A stretch of DNA of 64,000 nt from Patescibacteria group bacterium (GTDB taxonomy: Bacteria; Patescibacteriota; Dojkabacteria; J137), in contig BOLA01000001.1 of assembly GCA_016861265.1 (NCBI GenBank), positions 1,023,745 to 1,087,744 on the forward strand, given 5' to 3'. Below are positions 9,286-19,354 of this stretch, one piece after another; position 1 is the first letter of the stretch, and the number at the start of each line of letters is the position of its first letter. The notes beneath the pieces are model-generated. The model did not search any database, had not been told where the DNA came from, and saw nothing but the letters and a program-made list of their open reading frames with translations. Position numbers and translations under genes: made by a program.

Positions 9286-9357
9286 AGGTGTTGGCGGGAA
9301 TCGAACCCGCGAATAGCAGTTTTGCAGACTGCCGCCTTACCACTTGGCCACAACACC
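9286..9357 (-). tRNA. tRNA-Cys(GCA), CCA not encoded
   Basis: GGTGTTG acceptor stem, GCAGT-CTGCAAA-ACTGC anticodon arm, GGTTCGATTCC, U73. Confidence 0.96.
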
Positions 9358-9504
9358 ATAAATACGGTAGATGCAAAAGCAATTATAGCAGAATACCCAG
9401 GCTTTTAATGTTAATTGCTATTAACTTTTTATCTCCTTTACCAAGTAGATAGTTTTTTAATTACTCCCTCATTAGTGTTAGAATTTTTTGTATAACAAAT
9501 TTAT

Positions 9505-10020
9505 ATGGCTACACCAAGAATTAAAGTAATAGTAAACGACAAAATGCAGAATAACTATAGCTACTATAGAACAGAACCTATTGGAGAAAATTTTGATGAA
9601 AGGTTCAAGCCGGGTCTAACTCCAAAGCAGATGTTAGAGTTAGGAGTTTTTGGTGGAAAGTACATGACTGATTGTAAGAATGAATTCCCTGAAGATTGGT
9701 ATAAAAATGCAAAGCTATGTTCCGAAAGACACGATCCCGAACTGAATTTTTTTAAGGTAAATGCTAGCCAACCCTTAAAAGTCTGGATTCAAAAAGGCTG
9801 GATCTACCCTGAAGATCCTCGTGGCTGGTTCCAGTGGTACTGCAGATACTATATGGGAAGAAGAATTCCTATAGAAGACGATAGACAAATAAGGCGTTGG
9901 CTTGCAATTAAAAGACATATTGCACAGGTTCAAAAAAATTGTGTATCAGGAGACTTAACCTGTAGGCATAAGCAAAGACAGGCAATCCTGCATTGGGCTT
10001 ACGATAGTCGAAAAATTTAA
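9505..10020 (+). CDS. Conserved uncharacterised protein
   Basis: LTPKQMLELGVFGGKY, DPRGWFQWYCRYYMGRR and RQAILHWAY blocks look like a widely conserved family; function not known to me. Confidence 0.75.
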   Translation: MATPRIKVIVNDKMQNNYSYYRTEPIGENFDERFKPGLTPKQMLELGVFGGKYMTDCKNEFPEDWYKNAKLCSERHDPELNFFKVNASQPLKVWIQKGWIYPEDPRGWFQWYCRYYMGRRIPIEDDRQIRRWLAIKRHIAQVQKNCVSGDLTCRHKQRQAILHWAYDSRKI

Positions 10021-10067
10021 CTTAATTCTTTGTTATATAATTACCTATCAATTTAGTAAATACTTAT

Positions 10068-11072
10068 ATGGATAATATAAACGCAATTCTGGCTAATGCA
10101 AAATCAATATTAGTTACTTCTCACTTACAGCCCGACCCAGATGCGATATGTTCATCCTTAGGAATGTATGATTATATCCTTAAATCTTTTCCAAATGCTA
10201 AGACCGACATTTACTTAAATGGCGAAAAATTACAGGCATACTCTACCTTAAAAAATTACGATGATATTAAGTGGATTAAGGATGTTTCTGAAGTAGTGAA
10301 TAACTACGACACATTGGTTTTTACAGATGGAAGCCATTTATCGCGTTTTACAAACTCCGAGGAATCCATAGATTTATCAAGGTTTAAAACAATATGTATT
10401 GATCATCATAAGAACGAACAATCAAATTGGGACTCCGTAATACTGGAATCTCAGGAACCATCTGCAGCTCAAATTATATATAAATACTTTTTTAGGGGGA
10501 CTAACTTAATAGAATCCAATATTGCCGAAGTTCTTTTAACAGGAATTCTAAGCGATACGGGAATGCTTAGATTTGTAAGACCATCTGCACTTTCAACATT
10601 CGATTACGTCAAAGAACTGATCGAAATAAGCGACCTTGATTTAAAAATTATTGAAGATAAGTACTTTAATCTAACCGAATCCGATATGGATATTATTAGT
10701 GTACTAACAACCAATATTACAAAGGTTGATGATTATAAACATCCGTTTATTTATTCCTACTTACCTATGGAGTATTTAAATAAGTATTCGTTAAATCTAA
10801 CAAAGCAAGGTAAGTCAAAATTCCAAATGTTCTTTGCAACTTCAATAGGTAAGTATAAGTGGAGTTTTATTGCTACCCCAAACAGTGATTCGGTAATGAA
10901 TATATCATTAAGATCCTCACCAGGAGTGGAAAATGTTAGGTTAATTGGTCAACAATTTGGTGGCGGTGGTCACGACTTAGCCAGCGGGGGTGAATTCCCA
11001 ATCGGACCTGGGCAAGACAGTGCGCAGGTATGTTTAAAGATTGTGGAAAAAATTAAGGGGTTAAATTTATAA
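10068..11072 (+). CDS. nrnA: DHH/DHHA1 phosphoesterase (NrnA-like oligoribonuclease/pAp phosphatase)
   Basis: HLQPDPDA, IDHH, SDTG, SLRS, GGGGH motifs. Confidence 0.85.
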   Translation: MDNINAILANAKSILVTSHLQPDPDAICSSLGMYDYILKSFPNAKTDIYLNGEKLQAYSTLKNYDDIKWIKDVSEVVNNYDTLVFTDGSHLSRFTNSEESIDLSRFKTICIDHHKNEQSNWDSVILESQEPSAAQIIYKYFFRGTNLIESNIAEVLLTGILSDTGMLRFVRPSALSTFDYVKELIEISDLDLKIIEDKYFNLTESDMDIISVLTTNITKVDDYKHPFIYSYLPMEYLNKYSLNLTKQGKSKFQMFFATSIGKYKWSFIATPNSDSVMNISLRSSPGVENVRLIGQQFGGGGHDLASGGEFPIGPGQDSAQVCLKIVEKIKGLNL

Positions 11073-11075
11073 ATC

Positions 11076-11828
11076 ATGACTGAAAAAGTAATTCCCAAGC
11101 ATGTAGTTTTAATACCCGATGGAAATAGGCGTTGGGCGAGATCTAAAGGTTGGTTGGCTTATGTTGGCCACAGAAAGGCTGGCAGTTTAGAACGTATTGT
11201 CGAATTATTTTATGCATCTAAGCAGTTAGGCATACAATACTTATCGGTATGGGGTTTTTCTACAGAAAACTGGGAAAGGGATTCAAAGGAAGTCGACGAA
11301 ATTTTTAAGGTACTCTTTAAAGCCTTGCATGGTTTAAAAGACTTAATGCACAAAGAGCATATAAGATTTAGACATTTAGGTAGAAAAGACCGACTGCCTA
11401 AGGATTTACTAGCTGCCATGAATAATCTTGAGGAAGATACTAAGGACTATACCGCCTTGAACTTTAATCTTCTGCTAGATTACGGAGGACGTACAAGTCT
11501 TATCGAAGCTGTTAATAGAATATTATCTAAGGGCTACACTCAAATTACCGAAAAAGAGCTAAAAGAGAACCTCGAAACAAATACTATCCCAGATCCAGAT
11601 CTAATTATTAGAACTTCTGGAGAACAACGAACAAGCGGTGTTTATGCCTTTGAAGGAACCTATGCAGAATTATATTTTACCGAAGTCTTATTCCCTGACT
11701 TTACACCTGTAGAATTTACAAAAGCTATAGATGAATTCTCTAAAAGAGTCAGAAGATTTGGTGGTACTAATAAAAAGGATCTAAAAAACATTAAAGATCA
11801 ATTAATTGATCCAGATAAATCGAGCTGA
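11076..11828 (+). CDS. uppS: Polyprenyl (undecaprenyl) diphosphate synthase
   Basis: PKHVVLIPDGNRRWA, FSTENW, DLIIRTSGEQRTS. Confidence 0.95.
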   Translation: MTEKVIPKHVVLIPDGNRRWARSKGWLAYVGHRKAGSLERIVELFYASKQLGIQYLSVWGFSTENWERDSKEVDEIFKVLFKALHGLKDLMHKEHIRFRHLGRKDRLPKDLLAAMNNLEEDTKDYTALNFNLLLDYGGRTSLIEAVNRILSKGYTQITEKELKENLETNTIPDPDLIIRTSGEQRTSGVYAFEGTYAELYFTEVLFPDFTPVEFTKAIDEFSKRVRRFGGTNKKDLKNIKDQLIDPDKSS

Positions 11829-11936
11829 GATCGCCTAGAGAAGTGTCTGCAAAATTTATTTTCTTCTAAAAATTACAAATACTTGTGAAAATACTATAGG
11901 TTTTTACAATTTTGTAAGAAAATTTGTGAAAACATA

Positions 11937-11965
11937 TTGCATTAATATTTTTTATGCTCTACAAT
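11937..11965 (+). promoter_or_regulatory. Sigma70-type promoter for the ABC exporter leader
   Basis: TTGCAT-17-TACAAT, flanked by TTGTGAAAA at 11883 and 11924 and an inverted near-copy at 11977. Confidence 0.55.
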
Positions 11966-12232
11966 AACCAATATTATTTTCACAGAAATATATCTGTTTA
12001 ATGACAAGAAAGATTCAAACAAAATTGAATTGCGTTATTTATCCGCTTATTGCGGATGGTTCTTGTCGGATAGCTTAACTTTCGTTATTTCCGACAAGCC
12101 ACTATAAGAAGTGCAAGTGTCGGAAGAATTGATTACCTAATTAAAGACGTTGATATTCCTTATGGTAGCTTGTCGGGTGTAATGCCAGTTCGGCTTCACT
12201 CAGCTCGTTGACAATTCTTAAGGAGGTGTCTT

Positions 12233-14119
12233 GTGTCTAAGCATTACCGCCGTTCCCTGTACAAGGGTCAGTTCAAGCAGAACGCTCTTAGGAGTTTTCT
12301 GGCAATCCTTTGGGAGTACAGGAGTTTTATGTACTTTCCAGCATTGATGGTGTTGCTGCTCGAAGCGGCTCAAATGGGTGCAAGGGTTTTTATTTCTGAA
12401 ATCCTAGCACGAATTGAGCTGGCCGATTGGAGTGCACTAGGCGTTTTGTTGCTGAGCATGTTTTTGTATAACATGCTTACTCTTGCAATCGATGCAAAGA
12501 TGGTTCGCGTTGTAATTGAGCGAGTCGGCTACGACTTTGCATTTGCATACGAAAACAAGGTTCTAAGGCACGTAGCAAGACTGGGACACACATTCAATTC
12601 ATCTTTTCCTATCTCTGTAACCCTGGATAGGATAGCTAAAATCGAACGTGTGTCGGATCTAGTTGAACAGGGTTTCTGGACTTTGTTCAACAATGTTTTT
12701 CAGGGCATAATCAGTTTGATTGTGCTAAGCATTTATCTGCCTGCTGCCGTACCTGTGGTGCTTGTGGTGTTCTTTCTCTTCATAAGGTTTAACAACATTA
12801 TGATTGAGAAACAGGCTATTGTACGCAAACGCCGCAAGGATCGAGGTGAAGATAAGGCTGAAATTCGAATGCGTCTAGTTGCAGCCAATACGACACTGCT
12901 GTCCAATGGCGCATTGGAACGCACTGAGCAGACAGTCTTTAAAAGCTCCTCTCACCTAAAGCGTGTTGGAATTCTGGAGCTGATGCATGTACTTCGTGGA
13001 AATGGAATTATCCGCGATGTGCTGCTCTACTTTGGCCGTTTTGCGGTACTTGCCTTTGCGGTTAGTATGGCTCAGGCTAAGGTAATCGATATTCCCCGCC
13101 TTGTGCTGGTCTACACCGTTTCCGAAACCATGTTCATTGGAATGTGGGGTGTGGTTCGCTTTGTGTACTCGTTCATGTACGAAAGTCCATCAATTCTCAA
13201 GATTGATGAACTCATGCAGATTACACCGACAGTAGTGGAACCTGTAAATCCTGTATCAATTCCTGCTGGTCCGTTAGGGTTTGCATTCAACGATGTAAAC
13301 TTCACGTATCGTGGAATTGAGATTCAAGGTAAAAAGCAGGTTGATCCATACTTTGGCGAAAATCTAGCTCGAGCAAACCATTTAAGGCAACAACTCGGTG
13401 TTCACCCCTATCAGGTAAAAAAGGCTGAAGAACAGCCTTTGCATTTGTGCGGAGTGAACTTAAACATTATGCCAGGGCAGAAGGTTGCCTTGGTAGGACA
13501 TAGTGGCGCAGGTAAGAGCACACTGTCACTGCTGCTTTCTAAGCTTCAGGTGCCTGACTGCGGTCAACTGCTTGTTAACGGAGTGCCGATCGAGCAACTC
13601 GATGGCTACGAACTGCGAAGCAGAATTGCCGTCGTGCCACAAGGTTCGAACGTAGACATATTCAATGACACCCTGTTGCATAACATTACACTTGGCGACG
13701 AGCGTTTTGAAGTGGCAGATGTTATTGAAGCCCTAAAGGTAGCGGAGCTTTGGAACACTGTTCTGGAGTGGCCGCTAATGCTCTACGAAACAATCGGTGA
13801 ACGCGGCAGAACTTTATCGGGAGGTCAGCAGCAGCGGGTTGCAATCGCAAGAGCAGCAATACGTAAGCCTGATCTCATTATTCTAGATGAAGCTACAAGC
13901 GCACTCGATACCGAAACCGAACGTCTGGTTCAGGCTTCGCTTAATCGATTGCTGCAAGGTAGAACAGCAGTGATTATCGCTCATAGACTTTCTACAATCA
14001 AAGACGCGGACATGATTGTAGTAATGCGCGATGGTTCAATCGGCGAAATGGGAACTTGGGACGAGCTTGTACATACGGAAGGAGATTTTGCAAAGCTCGT
14101 TAAGGCACAAACTCTTTAA
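12233..14119 (+). CDS. ABC exporter (fused TMD-NBD), atypically high GC
   Basis: TM domain, GHSGAGKS, LSGGQQQR, ILDEATSALD, IAHR. Strong SD AAGGAGGT at 12220-12227. Confidence 0.92.
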   Translation: MSKHYRRSLYKGQFKQNALRSFLAILWEYRSFMYFPALMVLLLEAAQMGARVFISEILARIELADWSALGVLLLSMFLYNMLTLAIDAKMVRVVIERVGYDFAFAYENKVLRHVARLGHTFNSSFPISVTLDRIAKIERVSDLVEQGFWTLFNNVFQGIISLIVLSIYLPAAVPVVLVVFFLFIRFNNIMIEKQAIVRKRRKDRGEDKAEIRMRLVAANTTLLSNGALERTEQTVFKSSSHLKRVGILELMHVLRGNGIIRDVLLYFGRFAVLAFAVSMAQAKVIDIPRLVLVYTVSETMFIGMWGVVRFVYSFMYESPSILKIDELMQITPTVVEPVNPVSIPAGPLGFAFNDVNFTYRGIEIQGKKQVDPYFGENLARANHLRQQLGVHPYQVKKAEEQPLHLCGVNLNIMPGQKVALVGHSGAGKSTLSLLLSKLQVPDCGQLLVNGVPIEQLDGYELRSRIAVVPQGSNVDIFNDTLLHNITLGDERFEVADVIEALKVAELWNTVLEWPLMLYETIGERGRTLSGGQQQRVAIARAAIRKPDLIILDEATSALDTETERLVQASLNRLLQGRTAVIIAHRLSTIKDADMIVVMRDGSIGEMGTWDELVHTEGDFAKLVKAQTL

Positions 14120-14136
14120 GAGTTGCAATAAGCAAT

Positions 14137-14180
14137 AAAAAAGGGGCGAATCTTAGATTAAAAACCTTTGATTCGTCCCC
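14137..14180 (-). terminator. Intrinsic terminator between convergent genes
   Basis: GGGGCGAATC...GATTCGTCCCC stem, with an A6 run on + giving a U tract on -. Confidence 0.55.
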
Positions 14181-14264
14181 GTAACCCACAATAATTATAC
14201 CATAATAGGCGGTAATTCTACGTCTACTTGGGAATATATAAAAAGTTGCTACTTAAAATGGATG

Positions 14265-14558
14265 TTACTCAATTCCTATTTCATCAATCTCTGGGAATAC
14301 TTTTCTTACTTCATCCCAGAATTTTTCAGCGAGTTTAGAAGTATAGTTACCATAGCCCGTGCTTTCACTTCTGCCACAAAGTACACTTTCGTAGTGTCTA
14401 ATAATTTCAATTATCTTTTCACCTTCTTTATTGAATTCTGCCCTATTTGCCTTTGAATCTGCTGCAAATTTTGCATGAGTAATCATAAAATGTTCTAGTT
14501 CGGCTTTATGGTCTGTCCACATATCTTCGAATACTTTTTTAAATTGAGGTTTAGCCAT
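14265..14558 (-). CDS. Hypothetical protein
   Basis: 97-aa ORF with ATG start and protein-like composition. Confidence 0.7.
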   Translation of the reverse strand: MAKPQFKKVFEDMWTDHKAELEHFMITHAKFAADSKANRAEFNKEGEKIIEIIRHYESVLCGRSESTGYGNYTSKLAEKFWDEVRKVFPEIDEIGIE

Positions 14559-14662
14559 ACAAAATAACTAATTGAATTGATTGTTTAAAAAGACATGAAT
14601 TATTTTATCAATAAAATGTAAATTTGAATGCTAAAATTTAAAAGTAAATTTAAATAATAAAT

Positions 14663-15355
14663 ATGGACTTAAAAATCGGTGATCTTTTTTACATAAAGGC
14701 AGATGGCAAATATTACGTATATAAACTACTAAGAATAGATTCTGAAACTGGAATTCATCATGTAATTGTATATCAGCCATACGAATATTCCCCAGACGAA
14801 ATTGATTTTAAAACTCTAGAAGTTTTAACAAAACATATTCCAATAGACACGCCAAAGGAATATAAAATTATTGGACATTCAGATGTTACTGAACAAGAAT
14901 TACAAGGTTTTTACGATTATCTAAAATTAACGGATTTTGCCAGATTCTTAGAAGAGACTGGTACTACAATTGAAGAAGTTATAAATACAGCAAACGGTTA
15001 CTTCATGGAAGCCGATAATGCTTATAAATCAGAAGAGTTTAGAGAGGCAATTCAAAAATATACTCAGGCAATAGAAGTTTACCCATTATTTTTTGAAGCA
15101 ATAGATAGACGAGCGTTTACAAAAATGGCTCTAGGTGAATTTTTAGATGCAATAAAAGACTTTGAATTTTCATTAATGGTTAATCCGGATTCTGTAATCG
15201 CAGAGTTTGCAATTGGAGAGTGTTATTTTAAATTAGGTGACTTTGAGAAAGCCGTGGAGCAATTTGAACATACAGCAAAACTTTATCCAGATGATGATTT
15301 AACAATGGAGTGGCTTGAATTAAGCAAACGTGAACTTGCACAATCGCAAGACTAA
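14663..15355 (+). CDS. TPR-repeat protein with an unknown N-terminal domain
   Basis: About three TPR-like repeats (EAIQKYTQAIEVYP, DAIKDFEFSLMVNP, KAVEQFEHTAKLYP). Confidence 0.85.
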   Translation: MDLKIGDLFYIKADGKYYVYKLLRIDSETGIHHVIVYQPYEYSPDEIDFKTLEVLTKHIPIDTPKEYKIIGHSDVTEQELQGFYDYLKLTDFARFLEETGTTIEEVINTANGYFMEADNAYKSEEFREAIQKYTQAIEVYPLFFEAIDRRAFTKMALGEFLDAIKDFEFSLMVNPDSVIAEFAIGECYFKLGDFEKAVEQFEHTAKLYPDDDLTMEWLELSKRELAQSQD

Positions 15356-15359
15356 AAAT

Positions 15360-16514
15360 ATGGACCTATCAGCAGATCAGCAAAATGCAATTACCACATT
15401 GCTTATGTGGTACAAAAATCCAAATAAATCTCCTTTTATTACACTAGGTGGTTATGCTGGTACGGGTAAGACCACTGTTATTTCGCTGTTAAGGAATCAA
15501 TTAAATGAAATTAATAAGACAATTTCCGTTTCCTTTTGCAGCTATACAGGTAAGGCTACTAGGGTGTTGGCGAATAGACTAAAAGATAACTCCTCTATTT
15601 ATCCTGCGGACACCGTAACAACAATACATTCTTTAATCTACACTGCACTTTTAGACGATTCTACTCAAGAAATAATAGGTTGGGAAAGAAAAAAGACACT
15701 GAACACGAATCTAATAATTGTAGACGAGGCTTCGATGGTAGATGAACAAATATGGCGAGATTTATTATCTTATAGAACTCCAATTATTGCTGTAGGTGAC
15801 CATGGACAGTTGCCTCCAATTAATTCGAGTTTTAACTTAATGGAAAATCCTAATCTTAAACTGGAACTAATCCATAGACAGGCAGAAAATAATCCAATTA
15901 TAGAGTTGTCCATAATGGCAAGAACTACGGGAGAAATACCAACAGGAAAATATGGACAAAATATTAAAAAATTTCTAAGGAGTGATTTTGATGCCTCTGA
16001 ATCAATTACTGAATTACTACAAAACTACAGAGAAGACACAATAATTCTATGTGGATTTAACACCACAAGGGTTAAGCTTAATAAATATGTGCGATCATCT
16101 TTGGGATTTGAAAGTCCCTTACCGGAAGCAAGAGATAGAGTTATTTGTTTAAAAAATAATAGAAAGAAAAATATATTTAATGGAATGCTTGGGAAGGTCT
16201 TATATGCAAATGATATTTTTGAATTTGCGTTAGAAATAGGTATAAAGATGGACTACGAGGATGATACATACGAAGGTAAAGTACTAAAGGAGCAATTCGG
16301 CTCAAAGGAAACTCTTACTAAAATGGCTAATAAAGAGTTAGATCTGTTCGATTTTGGATATGCACTAACAGTTCATAAATCACAGGGATCACAATCTAAA
16401 AGAGTAATTTTATTCGAAGAACGTGCGCAAGCAATGGACGATGCTATGTGGAAGAAGTGGCTTTACACTGCAGTAACCAGGGCTGAAGAAGAGCTTTTTA
16501 TTATTGGAAAATAA
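15360..16514 (+). CDS. RecD/Dda-like SF1B DNA helicase
   Basis: GYAGTGKT, VDEASM, GDHGQL, HRQ, YALTVHKSQGS, YTAVTRA. Confidence 0.9.
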   Translation: MDLSADQQNAITTLLMWYKNPNKSPFITLGGYAGTGKTTVISLLRNQLNEINKTISVSFCSYTGKATRVLANRLKDNSSIYPADTVTTIHSLIYTALLDDSTQEIIGWERKKTLNTNLIIVDEASMVDEQIWRDLLSYRTPIIAVGDHGQLPPINSSFNLMENPNLKLELIHRQAENNPIIELSIMARTTGEIPTGKYGQNIKKFLRSDFDASESITELLQNYREDTIILCGFNTTRVKLNKYVRSSLGFESPLPEARDRVICLKNNRKKNIFNGMLGKVLYANDIFEFALEIGIKMDYEDDTYEGKVLKEQFGSKETLTKMANKELDLFDFGYALTVHKSQGSQSKRVILFEERAQAMDDAMWKKWLYTAVTRAEEELFIIGK

Positions 16515-17307
16515 AATCAAGAATTGAATTTCTTTTATTTACTCCCGCTTTAATAACATCTATAAATTCAATGGTTTTTTCGTAACCCTTTTTATAGAGA
16601 CCTTCTTTGTCTGCATTAAAATCTAGCATGTTGGTATTATCATCAAACCCAATAATTTTAAAATCTACGGGATTCATTTTTTGTTCGTTAATAGAGACTG
16701 TTTGCCATGCTACACCCAGTGCATCTACAAAGTCCTTCATAATTCCGGGCATTGCAGATACATCAATCCATTTTTCCACACTTATTCCTATTACATATTT
16801 TGCGCCGGCCTTTCTAAGATGATTTCCACCGTATGCTGTGCTAAATCCCCCATCTACCAATTTGTGCCCATCTCTATAAATAGGTTTTATTACAGGTGGA
16901 ACAGCACAACTGCCTATTATCGCACTAATTAAATCCCCACTTTTAATAACAACTTGCTCTTTGCTTTCAATGTCAGAGCAAAAGATTACCATTTTTTTGT
17001 TTAGTGAATCAAAGGTAGTTGCTTTAATGTATTGTTTTAATGCATGTTCTAGTAGATCGTGGTTAATTATCTCTCCGGCAATTACCGATGTGGGTCGTAT
17101 AAGTGTAAAAAAATTGGTATTCATTGCAATTTCGAGAATTTGCTTTCCTGAGTAGCCAGAAGCGTATAAAGCACCTACAATAGCACCTCCACTTAGACCT
17201 CCAACTACGTCTACTTCTATTCCATTGTCTTCTAGAGCCTGAAGAACACCGGCATAGATTAGAGCCTTTACTCCACCACCACTTAAAGAGATTCCAACTT
17301 TTTTCAT
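16501..17307 (-). CDS. Patatin-like phospholipase
   Basis: LSGGG, GLSGG (GxSxG), DGG motifs. Confidence 0.9.
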   Translation of the reverse strand: MKKVGISLSGGGVKALIYAGVLQALEDNGIEVDVVGGLSGGAIVGALYASGYSGKQILEIAMNTNFFTLIRPTSVIAGEIINHDLLEHALKQYIKATTFDSLNKKMVIFCSDIESKEQVVIKSGDLISAIIGSCAVPPVIKPIYRDGHKLVDGGFSTAYGGNHLRKAGAKYVIGISVEKWIDVSAMPGIMKDFVDALGVAWQTVSINEQKMNPVDFKIIGFDDNTNMLDFNADKEGLYKKGYEKTIEFIDVIKAGVNKRNSILDFIFQ

Positions 17308-17379
17308 ATGAATAACTGATTGCGTTTATTCTATAATACAACAATATAATTTATACTTATAGAAAGTTATCTGTATTAA

Positions 17380-18552
17380 GTGAAAGTTTCAAAATTCATA
17401 ATTCTAATTGTTGGATTACCCTTAATAGGTTGTGTTTTTTTACTTGTAACTTTCTTTCTTTTTCCGATTAGTAAATATCCTCTAAATGATTATCAACTAA
17501 GTGCTACAGAAGTTAACTCGTTGGGTACTGGTAATATTTTCCCGCGTGCAGCTAGCAGCTACAACGTTGATACATTCACTTTCGAAGTCCCTACAATCAC
17601 AAGCCTGGCGTTACCTGAAGGCTACGAACTAGATATGTCTTCAGCTATTCCAAATTTTATTAGCCCAGACCAGAATCAGCTTATAATTAACGCAACAAAA
17701 AACGACACAGGTAAGTATAGAATTTATTTAAAAGATCCCTTAAGTGATTTATACAACGAAGTATTCTTTATCGATATAAATCTAATCTATAAATCGATAG
17801 ATACACAAGCTCTAAATTCACAAATTCAAGATTATCTAGCTGCACAGGCTGCAAATTATGGATACTTTGTATACGATTTAAATAGAGACATCTCTTTTGG
17901 ATGGAATCAAGATATAGATTTTAGGGCAGCCAGTATGGTGAAAGTTCCTATTGCAATTACCGTATTAAGAGAAGTACAGGAAGGACGAATAAGTTTAGAT
18001 ACTGTTTACCCTTTACGAAGTGATTTAGTTTTTAACTATATGGTAGGCGCGGGGGAAAATCCTATAGGTTCTGGTTTAACTGTTAGAGATTACTTGGAAT
18101 ACATGATTATATTAAGCGATAACACTTCGCTAGCCCACCTAGACGCACTACTCAGCGATATTTATGGATCAGCATTAAATAGTAGAATTAAGCAAATTAC
18201 GGGTGTTGATTTTTATGTGTACCCTCCAGAAGTAACTCCAAGAAATGTTGCTACAGTCCTAAAGGGACTTTATAACTACAGTTTTATTGATAAGGTTAAT
18301 AGTGATTATCTTATAAACTTAATGTTTAATGCCGCTCCAGATTTAAAACAAGGAATCGGTTTAGGTATTCTATTTGCAAATAAAATTGGATTCTTAGATA
18401 CTACAGAAGATTTAAGTTATATGGATTCCGCTATTGTTTACGGTACAACAACAAACTATATCCTTGTTATCATGGATAAAAATCAGGATTGGGAAGTTGC
18501 AAAAAATAATATTAAAAATATTTCTACAATAATTTACAACAACTTAAATTGA
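17380..18552 (+). CDS. Membrane-anchored serine hydrolase, class A beta-lactamase-like fold
   Basis: N-terminal TM helix, ASMVK (SxxK), SDN, KIG. Confidence 0.8.
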   Translation: MKVSKFIILIVGLPLIGCVFLLVTFFLFPISKYPLNDYQLSATEVNSLGTGNIFPRAASSYNVDTFTFEVPTITSLALPEGYELDMSSAIPNFISPDQNQLIINATKNDTGKYRIYLKDPLSDLYNEVFFIDINLIYKSIDTQALNSQIQDYLAAQAANYGYFVYDLNRDISFGWNQDIDFRAASMVKVPIAITVLREVQEGRISLDTVYPLRSDLVFNYMVGAGENPIGSGLTVRDYLEYMIILSDNTSLAHLDALLSDIYGSALNSRIKQITGVDFYVYPPEVTPRNVATVLKGLYNYSFIDKVNSDYLINLMFNAAPDLKQGIGLGILFANKIGFLDTTEDLSYMDSAIVYGTTTNYILVIMDKNQDWEVAKNNIKNISTIIYNNLN

Positions 18553-18553
18553 T

Positions 18554-19354
18554 ATGAATATTCTAAACACAGTTATATTGGCTTTAATTCAAGGAATTAC
18601 TGAATATTTACCTGTTTCTTCTACAGCCCACCTATTAATTGCTCAGAAATTATTAAATATAGATGCCAATGTTCTATTCACTGTTGTATTGCAGTTTGGA
18701 ACAATAATGGCAAGTATATTTTATTTTAGAAAAAAGATAGCAAATATTATTAACAATTCAATACAGAACCTTAGAACAAAGAACTATAAAAATGATTTAG
18801 GATTATGGATTCTAGTAGGAATAATTCCTGTATTAGTGATCGGTTATTTTGTAAGCGGTTATTTAGATGTAATTTATTCTAATCCGCAAGTGATTGTATT
18901 TACTACAGTGTTCTTTGGAATTGTATTTTATTACGTGGAAGTATTGTATAGAAATGTAAAAATAAAAAAATCCTTTGAACAATTAACAATTAAAAATATT
19001 ATTTTTATTGGTTGTGCTCAGGTTCTTTCGTTAATTCCGGGAGTTTCAAGATCAGGTTCTACAATTACCGGTGGTTTAGCGCAGGGAATTAAATTTAAAG
19101 ATTCAATAGAAATTTCTTTTTTAATGAGTATTCCAGTTATGCTTGCAGCAACTGGCTACGAGTTAGTAAAGAATTTGAATCTATTTAACACAGATTTAGC
19201 GATTAACTTAGGAATTGGAATTGTTGTGGCATTCTTTGCTGGCTTGGTATCTATTAAATTAACTTTAGGTTTTCTGTTAAGAAAAGGTTTTCTTCCTTTC
19301 TTGATTTATAGAATTATTTTTGCCGTATTTATTTTGTTAATCCTTACAAAATAA
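18554..19354 (+). CDS. uppP: Undecaprenyl-diphosphate phosphatase (BacA/UppP)
   Basis: QGITEYLPVSSTAH and PGVSRSGSTI. Confidence 0.95.
   Translation: MNILNTVILALIQGITEYLPVSSTAHLLIAQKLLNIDANVLFTVVLQFGTIMASIFYFRKKIANIINNSIQNLRTKNYKNDLGLWILVGIIPVLVIGYFVSGYLDVIYSNPQVIVFTTVFFGIVFYYVEVLYRNVKIKKSFEQLTIKNIIFIGCAQVLSLIPGVSRSGSTITGGLAQGIKFKDSIEISFLMSIPVMLAATGYELVKNLNLFNTDLAINLGIGIVVAFFAGLVSIKLTLGFLLRKGFLPFLIYRIIFAVFILLILTK

Noticed and set aside
11830-12000. Replication origin in the AT-rich intergenic region
   Set aside because: The repeats are TTGTGAAAA rather than TTATCCACA boxes, and no dnaA/dnaN is nearby.
17380-18552. Beta-lactam resistance gene
   Set aside because: Only the SxxK/SDN/KxG fold motifs are visible. 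It is membrane-anchored with an extra domain, and hydrolytic activity cannot be inferred.
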